Source: the human T2T-CHM13v2.0 reference genome, Homo sapiens. Taken from it: DNA of 64,000 bases. Position numbers and translations under genes: made by a program. The stretch lies in the NCBI RefSeq assembly GCF_009914755.1, contig NC_060935.1; one strand, given 5' to 3'. Below the pieces are notes generated by a model. That model was not told where the DNA came from. It worked only from the letters and a program-made list of their open reading frames with translations, and ran no database searches. This document shows positions 41,271 to 56,162 of the stretch, in pieces (the stretch's first letter is position 1; the number at the start of each line of letters is the position of its first letter).

Positions 41271-44200
41271 TTATTTTTTTTATTTGTGGATACATAGCAG
41301 ATGTATATATTTATGGATACATGAGATGTTTTGATACAGACATGCAATGAGTAATAACCACATCATGAAAACGGAGTATGTATCCCCTCAAGCATTAATC
41401 TTTTGTGTTACAAGCAATCCAATTATACTTTTAGTTATTTTTAAATATAAATTTAAATAATTATTGACTATAGTCACTCTGTTGTGCTATCAAACACTAC
41501 GTCTTATTCATTCTTTCTAACTAGTTTTTATACCCATTAACCATTCCAACCTCCTCCCCAACAACCTATCTTTCCAAGCCTCTGGTAACCATCCTTCTAC
41601 TCTCTATCTCCATGAGTTCAATTGTTTTGATTTTTAGATCCCACAAATAAGTGAGAACATGTAATGTTTGTCTTTCTGTGCCTGGCTTGTTTCGCTTAAC
41701 ATAATGATCTCCAGTTCTATCCATGTTGTTGCAAATGACAGGATCTCATTTTTTTTATGGATAAATATTACTCCATTGTGTATAAGTATCATATTTTCTT
41801 TATTCATTCATCTGTGGATGGACATTTAGGTTGCTTCCAGTGCTTGGCTATTATGAATAGTGCTGCAACAAACATGGGACTGCAGATATCTCTTTAATAT
41901 ACTGATTTCCTTTCTTTTTGTTATACACCCAGCAGTGGGATTCCTGGATCATATGGTAACCGTATTTTTAGTTTCTGAGGAAACTCCAAACTGTTCTTTA
42001 TAGTGGTTGTAGTAATTTACATTCCCACCAACAGCATATGAGAGTTCCCTTTTCTCCACATCCTTGCCAGCATTTGTTATTGCCTGTCTTTTGCATATAA
42101 GCCATTTTAATTGGGGTGACATGATATCTTATTCTAGTTTTGATTTGCATTTCTCTGATGATCAATGATGTTGAGCAACTTTTTATATGCCCGTTTACCA
42201 TTTCTGTCTTCTTTTGAGAAATGTCTATTCAAATCTTTTGCCCATTTATTGATAGGATTATTAGGATTTTTCCTATATAATTGTTTGAGCTCTTTATATA
42301 TTCTGGTTATTAATCCTTTGTCAGACGGGTAGTTTACAAATATTTTCTCCCATTCTGTAGTTGTCTTTTCACTTTGGTGACTGTTTCCTTTATTGTCCAG
42401 AAGCTTTTTACTTGATGTGATGCCATTTGTTTATTTTTGCTTTGCTTGCCTGTGCTTGTGGGGATTGTTCAAGAAATTTTTGCCCAGACCAGTGTCATGT
42501 AGACTTTCCCTGATATTTTCTTGTAGTAGTTTCATAGGTTGAGGTATTAGATTTAAGTCTTTAATCCATTTTGATTTGATTTTTGTATGTGGGGAGAGAC
42601 TGGGGTCAGTTTCATTCTTCTGCATATGGATATCCAGTTTTCCCAGCACCATTTATTGAAGAGATTGCCTTTTCCCCAGTGTATACTCTTGACAACTTTG
42701 TCGAAAATGAGTTTGCTGTAGGTGTGTGGATTTGTTTCTGGGCTCTCTATTCTGCTTCATTGATCTATGTGTCTATTTTTATGCCAGTACCATGCTGCTT
42801 TGGTGACTATAGCTCTGTAGTATAATTTGAAGTCAGGTAATATAATTTCTCCAGTTTTGTACCTTTCACTTAGCATAGCTTTGTCTACTCTTGGTCTTTT
42901 GTGGTCCTGTATAAATTTTAGGATTGTTTTCTCTGTTTCTCTGAAGAATGTCATTCATATTTCGATAGGGATTTAATTGAATCTGTAGATTCAGGGAATT
43001 TGTAGATTGCTTTGGGTAATACAGACACTTTAACAATATTGATTCTTACAATCCATCAAAATGGAATATCTTACCTTTTTTTTTGTATCCTCTTCAATTT
43101 ATTTCAACAATGTTTTATAGTTTTTATTATAGAGATTTTTCACTACTTTGGTTAGGTCTCAGGTATTTAGTTTTATTTGTGGCTATTGTAAATGGGATTA
43201 TGTTCTTTATTTCTTTTTTAAATTGTTCACTTTTGGCATATAGAAGTGCTACTGACTTTAGTATGTTGATTCTTTATCCTGCAACTTTATTGAATTTGAC
43301 AGTTCTAATAGTTCTTTGGTGGAGTCTTTAAGATTTTCTAAATATAAGATCATCTCATCTGCAAACAAGAATAATTTGACTTATTTCTTTCTAATTTGAA
43401 TGTCCTTTATTTCTTTCTCTTCTCTGATTGTGCTAGCTAGGACTTTCACTACTATGTGGGATAACAGCGGTGAAAGTGGGCATCTTTGTCATGTTCCAGT
43501 TCTTAGAAAAAAGGCTTTCAGTTCTTCCCCATTCACTGTAATACTAGCTGTGGGTCTGTCTACAGCTTTTATTATGTCGAGGTATATTCATTCTATACAC
43601 AGTTTTTTGAAGGTTTTTATTATAAAGGAATATTGAATTTTATCAAATGCACTTTCAGCATCAATTGAAATGACTGTGGTTTTTGTCCTTCATTCTGCTG
43701 ATATGATGTACCACACTGGTTGATTTCCATATGTTGAACTATCCCTGCATCCCAGGAATAAATCCCTCTTGGTCATAATGAATGATGAATGATGTTTTTA
43801 ATGTGTTGTTTGTTTTTTCCAGTATTTTGTTGAAAACTTTTGCATCGATATTCATCAGAGTTATTGGCCTGTAGTTTTTTTTTTTTTTTCTTGATATGTC
43901 TTTGTCTGGTTCTGCTATCAGGGTAATTACTGGCCTCCCAGAATGAGTTTGGAAGTATTCCATCCTCCTCTATTTTTGGGAATCATTTGAATGGATTGGT
44001 GTTAGCTCTTCTTTAAATGTTTGGTAAAATTCAGCAGTGAAGCCAATCAGGTCCTGGGCTTTTCTTTCCCAGTAGATGTATTTTTTTACTGCTTTGATCT
44101 TTTTATTTGTTATTGGTCTGTTCAGGTTTTGGATTTCTTCATGGTTCAATCTTGGTAGGTTGCACGTGTCTAGGAATTTATCCATTTCCTCTAGATTTTC

Positions 44201-47200
44201 CAATTTGTTGGCATACAGTTGCTCATAGTAGCCATTAATGATCTTTGAAATTTCTGTGATATCAATGGTAATGTGTCCTTTTTATCTCTGATTTTGATTA
44301 TTTAAGTCTTCTCCTTTTTTTTTCTTTGTTAGTCTGGTTAAAGATTTGTCAATTTTATCTTTCCCCAAAACCAACTGTTTGTTTCATTGACCTTTTGTAT
44401 TGTTTTCTTTATTTCAAATTTATTTATTCCTGCTCTGATCTTTTTTATTCTACTAATTTGGGGTTTGGTTTGCTCTTGCTTTTCTAGTTCTTTAAGATGC
44501 ATTTTTAGGTTGTTTATTTGAAGTTTTCCTTCTTTTTTGACATAGGCACTTATAGCTAGACATTTCCCTCTTAGTACTGCTTTCACTGTATCCCACAGGT
44601 TGTGCTATGTTTTGTGTTGTGTTTCCATTTCATTTGTGTCAGAAAAGTTTCAATTTTCTTCTTAATTTTTTCATTGACCTACTGGTCATTCAGGAGCATA
44701 TTGTTTAATTATTATGTACTTGTATATTTTCCAACATTCCTCTTATTTTTGTTTTTATTCCTTTGTGGTCAGAGAAGATGTTTGGTATTATTTCAATTTT
44801 TTTAAAAATGGTGTAAGACTTGTTTTGTAGCCTACCATATAGTCTATCCTTGAGAATGGTCCATGTGCTGAGGAAAAGAATGTGTATTCTGCAACCACTG
44901 GATGAAATGTTCCCTAAATATTCTTAGGTCATATGGTCTATAGCGCAGATTAAGTTTGATGTTTCTGTGTTGATTTTCTGTCTGGGAGATCTGTCCAATG
45001 CTGAAAGTGGAGTGTTGAAGTCTATTGTATTGGGGCCTCTCTCTCCCTTTAGCTCTAATATTATTTGCTTTATATATTTGGGTGTTCCAGTGTTGGTTGC
45101 ATATGTATTTACAGTCATTATATCCTCTTGCTGAATTGACCCCTTTATCATCATATAGTGAGTGACATTCTTTGTCTTTTCTTGCTGTTGTTGTCTTAAA
45201 ATCTATTTTATCTGATACAAGTATAGCTACTCCTGCTCTTTTTTGGTTTCCATTGGCATGGAATAGCTTTTTCCATGCTTTTATTTTCCATCTTTGTGTG
45301 TCTTTACAAGTGAAATGTGTTTCTTGTGGGCAACAGATCATCGGGTCTTATTTTTTTAATCCATTCTGCCACTCTATGTCTTTTGATTGGAGAATGTAGT
45401 CTATTTACATTCAATGTTATTATTGATAAGTAAGGACTTACTTCTGCAGTTTTATTTGTTTTATGGTCTTCTCTTTCTTCTTTTCTTCCTGTCTTCCTTT
45501 TAGTGAAGGTGATTTCTCTGGTTACATGACTTAGTTTCTTGCTTTTTATCTTTTGTGTATCCATTGTATGTTTCTTGGTTTGTGCTTACCATGCAGCTTG
45601 CAAATACTATTTTATACCCCATTATTTTAAGCCGAAACAATTTAACACTGTTTTCATAAGCAAAGAAATAAACAGGCAAAAAGAAATCTAAGTAAAACTC
45701 TATATCTTAACTTCATTACCCCCACTTTTTAACTTTTTCTTGTTTCTATTTATATCTTATTGTACTGTTTATGTCTTGAAAATTTGTTGTAGTTATTATT
45801 TTTGACTTGTTCATATTTTTGTCTTTCTACTTAAAAATAGTTTATACACCACAATCCACATTATAATATTCTGTGTTTTTCTGTGTACTTACTGTTACCA
45901 GTGAGTTTTATGCCTTCGGGTGATTACATATTGCTTATTAACATCTTTTACTTTCTGATTGAAGAATTGCTTTTAGTGTTTCTTGTAGGACAGGTCTGGT
46001 GTTAATAAAATCCCTCAGCTTTTGTTCATTTGGGAAAATCTTTATTTCTCCATTATGTTTGAGGGATATACTCACCAGATATACTATTCTAGGGTAAAAG
46101 GTTTTTATTCCCCTCAGCACTTTAAATATCCCATGCCACTCACTCATGACCTATAAGGTTTCCACTGTAAAGTCTGCTGCCAAATGCATTGGATCCCCAT
46201 TATATGTTATTTACTTTATTTTCTTGCTGCTTTTTGGATTCTTTCTTTACCCTTAACCTTTGGGAGTTTGATTATGAAATGCCCTGAGGTAGTCTTCTTT
46301 GGGTTAAATCTGTTCGGTGTTCTATAATCTTCTTGGACTTGGATATTTACATCTTTCTCTAGGTTTGGGAAATTCTCTGTTATTTTCCCTTTGAATAAAC
46401 TTTCTACCCCTATCTCTTCCTGTACCTCTTCTTTAAGCCCAATAATTCTTAGATTTGCCCTTTTGAGGCTATTTTCTAGATCCTTTAGGCATGTTTCCTT
46501 GTTTTTTATTCTTTTTTCTTTTGTCTCCTCTTACTGTGTACTTTCAAATAGCCTGTCTGTCTTCAGCTCACTAATTTTCTTCTGCTTGATCAATTCTGCT
46601 ATTAAGAGACTCTGATACATTCTACAGTATACCAGTTGCATTTTTCAGCTCCAGTATTTCTACTTGATTCTGTTTAATTATTTCAATCCCTTTGTTAAAT
46701 TTGTCTGATAGAATTCTGAATTTCTTCTTTGTGCTGTCTTGAATTTCTTTGAGTTTCTTCAAAAAAGCTATTTTAAATTCTCTGTATGAAAGGTCGCATA
46801 ACTCTGTTTCTCCAGGATTGGTCCTTAGTTTCTTACTTAGCTCATTTGAGGAGGTCATGTTTTCTTGGATGGCCTTAATGCTTGTAGATGTTCATTTGTG
46901 TCTGGGCATTGAAGAGTTAGGTATTTATTGTAGTCTTCTCAGTCTGGGCTAGTTTGCACCTGTCCTTCTTGCGAAAGCTTTCCAGATATTAGAAAGGACT
47001 TGGATATTGTTATCTAAGCTGTATCTGCTTTAGGAGGCATCCCAAGCACAGTACCACTTTGGTTTTTGCAGACTCGTAGAGGTTCTGCCTTGACGGTCTT
47101 GGATGAGACCCAGAATTCTCTTTATTACCAGGCAGAGACTCTTGTTCTCTTCCCTTACTTTCTCCTAAACATACAAAGTCTCTCTGTGTGTGTTCTGAGC

Positions 47201-47898
47201 CACCTAGAGCTGGGGATGGAGTGACACAAGCACCCTTGTGGCCCTTGACACAAGACTGAGCTGAGTCAGTCCTGAAGTTAGCACAGCACAGGGTCTTGTC
47301 CAAGGCCTGCTGTAACCACTCCGTGTCAAGCCTATGTTCACTCAAGGACCTGGGCCTCTACAATCAGCAGGTGGCAAAACCAGCCAGGCCTGTGTTTTTC
47401 CCTTCAGGGTGGCAAGTTCCCCTAGGCCACACATGGGTGCAAAGGTGACATCCAGGAGCCAGAGACTAGAGTCAAAAAATTTTAGAAGTCTATCTGGTAT
47501 TCTATTGTCCTGTAGCTGACCTGTCACTCAGACCACAAGATGCAGTGCTTCCCACTCTTCTCTCCCCTTTCCAAAAGCAGAGGAGACTTATCCTATTGCC
47601 ACTAACACTACAGGCCCGCAGTGAGTACTGCCAGCTACCATACATGTTCCCTTAAGGTCCAAGAGCTCTTCAGTCAGCTCGTGGTGAATGCTGCCTGGCC
47701 TGGGACTCACCATTTAGGACACTGGGCTCCTCTCTGGCCCAAGGCAGGTCCAGCAATGCCATCCATGAGCCAAGTCCTGGAATCAGGGACCCCAAGAACC
47801 CACCTGATGCTCTACCCACCTGTGGCTGAGTTGGTACCAAAGGTGAAAGACAAAGTCCCGTTTACTTTTCCTTCTTTTCTCTAGTGGAAGGAGTCTCA
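41271..47898 (-). mobile_element. Near full-length L1MA (about 6.6 kb, decayed ORFs)
   Basis: Continuous 3'UTR-ORF2-ORF1-5'UTR on the minus strand; TSD tgctgggaa(a/t)tttt at 41257-41270 and 47899-47912. Confidence 0.92.
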
Positions 47899-48099
47899 TG
47901 CTGGGAATTTTTACTAGCTTGAGTTATATGGAAATTCGAAAATGAAAGTAGGCCAAATTTTGTGTTCGTGTAGGATACATAATAACACCAACCACTGAAG
48001 TACCAAAGATTTCTTTCAATTCCTTGAATTGTTAACTTTTTTCTTCTACAGAATTCTCTCACAGAAATGTCAGCATCATTTTTGTTGATTTAATGACTA

Positions 48100-48250
48100 G
48101 ATAATATCAAATATTGGTTGAGTAGTTACTCTATGCCAAGAAATTCCATGCATTATCTCAATTCATCCTCATAACAATCTTATGAGGTAGTTACTATTAT
48201 CATTCTCATTTCTCATATAAGGAAAATGAGGCTTAGAAATATTTGTCAAG
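48100..48250 (-). mobile_element. MIR, left half (continues at about 55210-55310)
   Basis: aattcatcctcataacaatcttatgaggtag...gaaaatgaggcttaga; the continuation atttgcctaagg...cctgtctg...cttaacaactatgc appears at 55210+. Confidence 0.7.
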
Positions 48251-48257
48251 CAGCCCC

Positions 48258-51200
48258 GGGGGAATGTGGCAAGATGGCCGAATAGGAACAGCTCCGGTCT
48301 GCAGCTCCCAGTGAGACCAACACAGAAGGTGGATGATTTCAGCATTTTCAGCTGGGGTAGCCAGTTCATCTCATTGGGACTGGTTAGGCAGTGGGTGCAG
48401 CTCATGGAGGGTGAGCAGAAGCAGGGTAGGGCGTCACTTCACCCAGGAAGTGCAAGGAGCCAGGGGACCTCCCTCCCTTAGCCAAGGAGAGCTGTGAGGG
48501 ACTGTGCTACCCAGCTCAGATACTATGCTTTTCCCACAGTTTTTGCAATCTGCAGATCAGGAGATTCCCTCATGTGCCTACACCACCAAGGCCCTGGGTT
48601 TGAGACACAAAACTGGGTGACTGTTTGGGCAGACACCGAGCCAGCTGCAGGAGTCTTTTTCATACCCCAGTGGTGTCTGGAACCCCAGCAAGACAGAACC
48701 ATTCACTCCCCTGGAAAGAGGGTTGAAGCCAGGGAGCCAAGTGGTCTTGCTCAGCAGGTACCACACCCACAGAGCCCAGCAAGCTAAGAACCACTGGCTT
48801 GAAATTCTCACTGCCAGCACACCAGTCTGAAGTTGACCTGGGATGATTGAGCTTGGTATGGGGAGAGGTGTCTGCCATTACTGAGGCTTTACTAGGCGAT
48901 TTTCCTCTGACAGTACTAAGAAGGCTGAGAGGTTCAGACTGGACGGAATTCACCACAGCGTGGCAAAGCATCGTAGCCAGACTGCTTCTCTAGATTCCTC
49001 CTCATTGGGCAAGTCATCTCTGAAAGAAAGGCAGCAGCCCCAGTCAGAAGCTTACAGATAAAACGTCTATCTTCCCTGGAGGAAGGGGAGGTGGTGGGAG
49101 CAGCTTCAGTGGACTTAAACTTTCATGCCTGTCAGCTCTGAAGAGAGCAGCTGATCCTGACAAGGAGGATTCTCCCAGAACAGCACTCACGCTCTGCTGA
49201 CAGACTACCTACCCAAGTGGGTCCCTGACCCCGGTGCCTCCTGACTGGGAGAAAGCTCCCAACAGGGATCAACACACACCTCATACAGGAGAGCTCTGGC
49301 TGGCATCAGGCTGGTGCTCCTCTGGGACAAAGCTTCCAGGGGAAGGAGCAGGCAGCAATCTTTGCTGTCCTGCAGCCTCCACTGGTAATACCCAGGCAAA
49401 CATGGTGTGGAGCAGACCTCCAGCAAACTGCAGCAGACCTGCAGAAGAGGAGCTTGACTGTTAGAAGAAAAACTAACAAACAGAAAGGAATAACATCAAC
49501 ATCAACATAAAGGACCCCGATATAAAAACCCCATCCAAAGGTCACCAGCCTCAAAGATCAAAGATAGATAAATCCACAAAGATGAGGAAAAACCAGCCCC
49601 AAAATGCTGAAAATTCCAAAAACTAGAATGCCTCTTCTCCTCCAAATGATCACAACTCCTCTCCAGCAAGGGCACAAAACTGGATGGAGAATGAGATTGA
49701 CAAATTGATAGAAGTAGGCTTCAGAAGGTGGGTAATAACAAACTCTGAGCTAAAGGAGCATATTCTAACCCAATGCAAGGAAGCTAAGAGCCTTGATAAA
49801 AGGTTACAGGAACTGCTAACTAGAATAACCAGTTTAGAGAGGAACATAAATGACCTGATGGAGCTGAAAAACACAGCACGTGAACTTTGTGAAGCATACA
49901 CAAGTATCAATAGCCAAATTAATCAAGTGGAAGAATGCATATCAGACATTGAGAATCAACTTACTGAAATAATGCATGTAGACAAGATTAGAGAAAAAAG
50001 AATGAAAAGGAATGAACAAAGCCTCCCAGAAATATAGGACTATGTGAAAAGACCAAACCTGTGATTGATTGGTGTACCTGAAAGTGACAGGGAGAATGGA
50101 ATCAAGTTGGAAACCACACTCCAAGATATTATCTAGCAGAATTTCCCCAACCTAGCAAGACAGGCCAACATTCAAATTCAGGAAATACAGAGAACACCAC
50201 TAAGATACAACGCCAACACACGTAATCATCAGATTCTCCAAGGTTGAAACAAAGGAAAAAATGTTAAGGGCAGCTAGAGAGAAAAGTCAGGTTACCTACA
50301 AAAGGAAGCCCATCAGACTAACAGTGGATCTCTCTGCAGAAACCCTACAAGCCAGAAGAGAGTGGGGGCCAATATTCAACATTCTTAAAGAAAAGAATTT
50401 TCAATGTAGAATTTCATATCTAGCCAAACTAAGCTTCATACATGAAGGAGAAATTAAATCCTTTACAGACAAGCAAATGCTGAGGGATTTTTATCACCAC
50501 CAGGCCTGCCTTACAAGAGCTCCTGAAGGAAGCACTAAGTATGGAAAGGAGAAACTGGTAACAGCCACTGCAAAAACACACCAAAATATAAAGACCAATG
50601 ACACTATAAAAAAACTGCATTAACTAATGTGCAAAATAACCAGCTAGCATCATGATGACAGGATTAAATTCACACGTAACAATATTAACCTTAAATGTAA
50701 ATGGGCTAAATTTCCCAATTAAAAGACACAGACTGGCAAATTGGATAAAGAGTCAAGACCCATCAGTGTGCTGCATTCAGAAGAATCATCTCACGTACAA
50801 AGACACACATAGGCTCAAAATAAAGGGATGGAGGAATATTTACCAAGCAAATGGAAAGCAAAAAAAAAAGGTAGAGGTTGCTATCCTAGTCTCTGATAAA
50901 ACAGACTTTAAACCAACAAAGATCAAGACAGACAAAGAAGGACGTTACATAATAGTAAAGGGATCAATGCAGCAAAAAGAGCTAACTATCATAAATATAT
51001 ATGCACCCAATACATAAGCACCCAGATTCATAAAACAAGTTCTTAGAGACCTACAAAGAGACTAAGACTCCCACATCATAATAGTGGGAGACTTTAACAC
51101 CCCATTGTCAATATTAGAGAGATCAATGAGACAGAAAATTAACAAGGATATTCAGGACTTGAACTCAGCTCTGGACCAAGAGGACCTAATAGACATCTAC

Positions 51201-54200
51201 AGAACTCTCCACCCCAGATCAACAGAATATACATTCTTCTCAGCACCACATAGCACATATTCTAAAATTGACCAAATAATTAGAAGTAAAACACCCTTCA
51301 GTAAATGTAAAAGAATAGATATCATAACAAACAGTCTCTCAGACCAAAGTGCAATCAAATTAGAATTCAGGATTAAGAAACTCACTCAAAACCACACAAC
51401 TACATGGAAACTGAACAACTTGCTCCTGAATGACTACTGGATAAATAACAAAATTAAGGCAGAACTCAAGAAGTTCTTTGAAACCAATGAGAACAAAGAG
51501 AGAACATACCAGAATCACTGGGACATGGCTAAAGCAGTGTTAAGAGGAAAATTTATAGCATTAAACGCTGACAACAGAAAGCTGGAAAGATCTTAAATCA
51601 ACACCCAACATCACAATTAAAAGAACTAAAGAAGCAAGAGCAAACAAATTGAAAAGCTAGCAGAAAACAAGACGTAACTATGATCAGAGCAGAACTGAAG
51701 GAGATAGAGACATGAAAAACCCATAAAAAAATCAATGAATCCAGGAGCTGGGTTTTTGAAAAGATTAACAAAATAGATAGACCACTAGCTAGATTAATAA
51801 AGAAGAAAAGAGAGAAGAATCAAATAGACACAATAAAAACTGATAAAGGGGATATCACCACTGATCCCACTGAAATACAAACTATCATCAGAGAATACCA
51901 TAAAAACCTCTAGGCAAATAAACTAGAAAATCTAGAAGAAATGGATAAATTCCTGGACACATACACCCTCCCAAGACTAAACCAGGAAGAAGTCAAATCC
52001 CTGAATAGACCAATAACAAGTTCTGAAATTGAGGCAGTAATTAGTAGCCTACCAAACAAAAAAAGCCCAGGACCAGACAAATTCACAGCCAACTTCTACC
52101 AGAGGTGCAAAGAGGAGCTGGTACCATTCCTTCTGAAACTATTCCAAATAATGGAAAAAGAGGGACTTCTCTCTAACTCATTTTATGAGGCCCACATCAT
52201 CCTGATACCAAAACCTGGCAGAGACACAACAAAAAAAGAAAATTTCAGGCCAACATCCCTGATAAACATCAATGTGAAAACCCTCAATAAATACTGTTAA
52301 ACTGAATCCAGCAGCACATCAAAAAGCTTATCCACCACAATCAAGTCAGCTTCATCCCTGGGATGCAAGGCTGCTTCAACATTCATAAATCAATAAACGT
52401 AATCCATCACATAAACAGAACCAATGATAAAAACCACATGATTATCTCGACAGATGCAGAAAAGGTGTTCCATAAAATTCGACACCTCTTCATGCTAAAA
52501 ACACTCAATAAACTAGGTACTGATGGAACATATCTCAAAATAATGAAAGCTATTTATGAAAAACCCATAGCCAATATCATACTGAATGGGCAAAAGTTGG
52601 AAGCATTTCCTTTGAAAACTGGCACAAGACAAGGATGCCCTCTCTCACCACTCCTATTCAACATAGTATTGGAAGTTCTGGGCAGGGCAATCAGGCAAGA
52701 GAAAGAAATAAGGAATATTCAAATAGGAAGAGAGGAAGTCAAATTGTCTCTGTTTGCAGATAACATGATTGTATATATAGAAAACCCCATCGTCTCAGCC
52801 CAAAAACTCCTTAAGCTGATAAGCAACCTCAGCAAAGTCTGAGGATATAAGATCAATGTGCAAAAATCACAAGCATTCCTATACACCAATAATAGACAAG
52901 CAGACAGCCAAATCATGAGTGAACTCCCACTCACAGTTGCTACAAAGAGACTAAAATACCTAGGAATCCAACTTACAAGGGATGTGAAGGACCTCTTCAA
53001 GGAGAACTATAAACCATTGCTCAAGGGAATAAGAGAGGACACAAACAAATGGAAAAATATTCCATGCTCATGGATAGGAAAAATCAATATCGTGAAAATG
53101 GCCACACTGCCCAAAGTAATTTATAAATTCAATGCTATTCCCATCAAGCTACCATTGACTTTCTTCACAGAATTTGAAAAAACTACTTTAAAGTTCATAT
53201 GGAACCAAAAAAGAGCCTGTAAAGCCAAAACAATCCTAAGCAAAAAGAGTAAAGCTGGAGGCATCATGCTACTGACTTCAAACTATACTACAAGGCTACA
53301 GTATCCAAAATAGCATGGTACCGGTACAAAAACAGACACACAGACCAATGGAGCAGATTAGAGAACTCAGAAACAAGACCACACATCTACAACCATCTGA
53401 TCTTCAACAAACCTGACAAAAACAAGCAATGGGGAAAGGATTCCCTATTGAATAAATGATGCTGGGAGAACAAGCTAGTCATATGCAGAAAACTGAAACT
53501 GGACCCCTTCTTTACACCTCATACAAAAATTAACTCAAGATGGATTAATGAGTTAAACATAAAACCTAAAGCCATAAAAACCCTAGAAGAAAACTTAGGC
53601 AATACCATTCAGGACACAGGCATGGGCAAAGACTTCATGACTAAAACACCAAAAGCAATTGCAACAAAAGCCAAAATTGACAAATAGGATCTAATTAAAC
53701 TAAAGAGCTTCTGCACAGCAAAAGAAACTATCATCAGAGTGAACAGGCAACCTACAGAATGGGAGAAAATTTTTGCAATCTATCCATCTGAAAAAGGGTT
53801 AATATCCAGAATCTACAAGGAACTTAAACAAATTTACAGGAAAAAAAAAAACCATCAGAAAGTGGGCAAAAGATATGAACAGACACTTCTCAAAAGAAGA
53901 CATTTATGCAGCCAACAAACATATGAAAAAAAGCTCATCATCACTGGTCATTAGAGAAATGCAAATCAAAACCACGATGAGGTACCATCTCACACCAGTT
54001 AGAATGCCGATTATTTAAAAGTCAGGAAACAACAGATGCTGGCGAGGCTGTGGAGGAATAGGAACACTCTTACACTGTTGGTGAGAGTGTAAATTAGTTC
54101 AATCATTGTGGAAGACAGTGTGGCGATTCCTCAAGGATCTAGTACCAGAAATACCACTTGACCAAGCAATCCCATTACTGGGTATATACCCAAAGGATTA

Positions 54201-54710
54201 TAAATCATTCTACTGTAAAGATACATCCATACTTATGTTTACTACTGCACTATTTACAATAGCAAAGACTTGGAACCAATCCAAATGCCCATCAATGATA
54301 GACTGGATAATGAAAATGTGGCGCATATACACCATGGAATACTATGCAGCTATAAAAAAGAATGAGTTCATGTCCTTTGCAGGGGCATGGATGAAGCTGG
54401 AAACCGTCATTCTCAGCAAACTAACACAGGAACAGAAAACCAAACACCACATGTTCTCACTCATAAGTGGGAGGTGAACAATGAGAACACATGGACACAG
54501 TGAGAGGAGCATCACATACTGGGTCCTGTCATGCGCTGGGGCACAAGGGGAGGGAGAGCATTAGGTATTTTTCCTAATGGCTTAAAACGTAGATGACGGG
54601 TTGATGGGTGCAGCAAACCACCATGGCACATGTATACCTATGTAAAAAACCTGCACATTCTGCATATGTATCCCAGAACTTAAAGTAAAAAAAAAAAAAA
54701 AAAAAAAAAA
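48258..54710 (+). mobile_element. Full-length L1PA7/8-like element with disrupted ORF1 (ATG 49582) and ORF2 (ATG about 50652)
   Basis: 5'UTR GGCAAGATGGCCGAATAGGAACAGCTCCGGTCTGCAGCTCCC; ORF1, EN, RT and C-terminal peptides in the ORF track with stops/frameshifts; pure A tail ending at 54710. Confidence 0.95.
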
Positions 54711-54714
54711 GACA

Positions 54715-54859
54715 GAAGCCCTATCAGATTAGGGCCCCACCCTTATGACATCATTTGACCTTGATTACCTGCTTAAAAGCCATACCACCAAGTACAGTCA
54801 TGTTGGGGGTAAGGGCTTCAGCACATGAATTTTGGAGGGACACAATTCAGTCCATAACA
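54715..54859 (-). mobile_element. Partial MLT1A/B LTR
   Basis: gattagggccccacccttatgac...gacacaattcagtccataaca terminal motif. Confidence 0.8.
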
Positions 54860-56162
54860 GAATGAATATTAAGTGGAATTATTGCTAATTTGTAAGGGAT
54901 AATGTTAGCATTGTGGTGATGTAAGAAACATGTAATTTTTTTGAGATGTATTCTGAAGTATGTAGGAGTAAAATCAAATGATGTCTGAGGCTTTGCTTTT
55001 AAAAACTTTAGAAGAAAGGAAGGGAAAAAGAAAAGATGAGAAGGGAAAGGAAGGAAAGAAAAGGAAGGAAATCAGAGCATATATGCCCAACTCTTGATAA
55101 TTGTTGAATCTTGGTAATGGGTATATTGTGGTTCATCATATCTCTTCACTTCTTCGTATGTTTGAAATTTTCTGTATTAAAACTTCTATCTTTTGTTCTG
55201 AAAAAAAAGAGAAAGATTTGCCTAAGGCTGAATAGCAATATTCAGTGATAAATTAGGACTTCAGTCAAGCCTGTCTGTTCCTAAAGTTGAGGCACTTAAC
55301 AACTATGCAACATTGCTACACAGAGAGTTACATGAAGTATTTTTTAACATTTTGGTAAAATGTAACTGATTCTTAAAAAGAAGGAGGTGCTATAATTTTT
55401 CCACACAAATTATATGTGGCATATCCCAGATAAATGCTTTGGGTTAAGCAAAGTTTTGAATTGATTAACAATAAATATTAGAATACCAATGGCTGGTTTA
55501 TATACCTTCCTTTATTCCAACACTTGAAGTTTTGAGTGGTGGTTGTTTAATAAATATTTAACCCTTCTTTTTATTCATCATTGTAGTAAATACTCTTGAA
55601 TCCATCTATTTATATTTAAAATGTGTTTCTTTTTTTTAAGTTAGTAAATTTTGTTATATATATTTTGCCGCAATTAAAAATAAAAAAGAATTTGAAGGGA
55701 AATAATTTCAACAAATAAAGTAAATGGAGTGGAAGGACATACAGAGAGCTGGTAATCAACAGGCAATAAGTCCAGCAAGGTGAATAAGCTCTAGAGATCT
55801 GCTTAACGACATGGTACCTAAAGTGTGTTTCTTATAAGCACTATATTGTTGGTTCTTGTGTTTTTATCCAATCGCACAAACTCTGCCTTTTAATTGGAGT
55901 GTTTAGACTATTTATATTTAATGTGATTATTGCTATTGTTGGATTTAAATCTATCATCTAGCTGTTCATTTTCTATTTGTACTTTTGTTTTTGTTCCCTT
56001 TTTCTTCTTTTAATATTTTCTTTTGTATTGATTATTTCTAATGATTCCATTTTATTTCCTTCATTGGATTATTAGGTATAACTCTTTGTTGTTATATTTC
56101 AGTGGTTGCTTTAAGTTTTATAAAACACAGGGCTTTTTCTTTGACTTACCACGGCCTGCCTT

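Noticed and set aside
49582-54477. Possible retrotransposition-competent L1
   Set aside because: ORF1 and ORF2 carry many stops and frameshifts, and the RT motif is altered to FADN.
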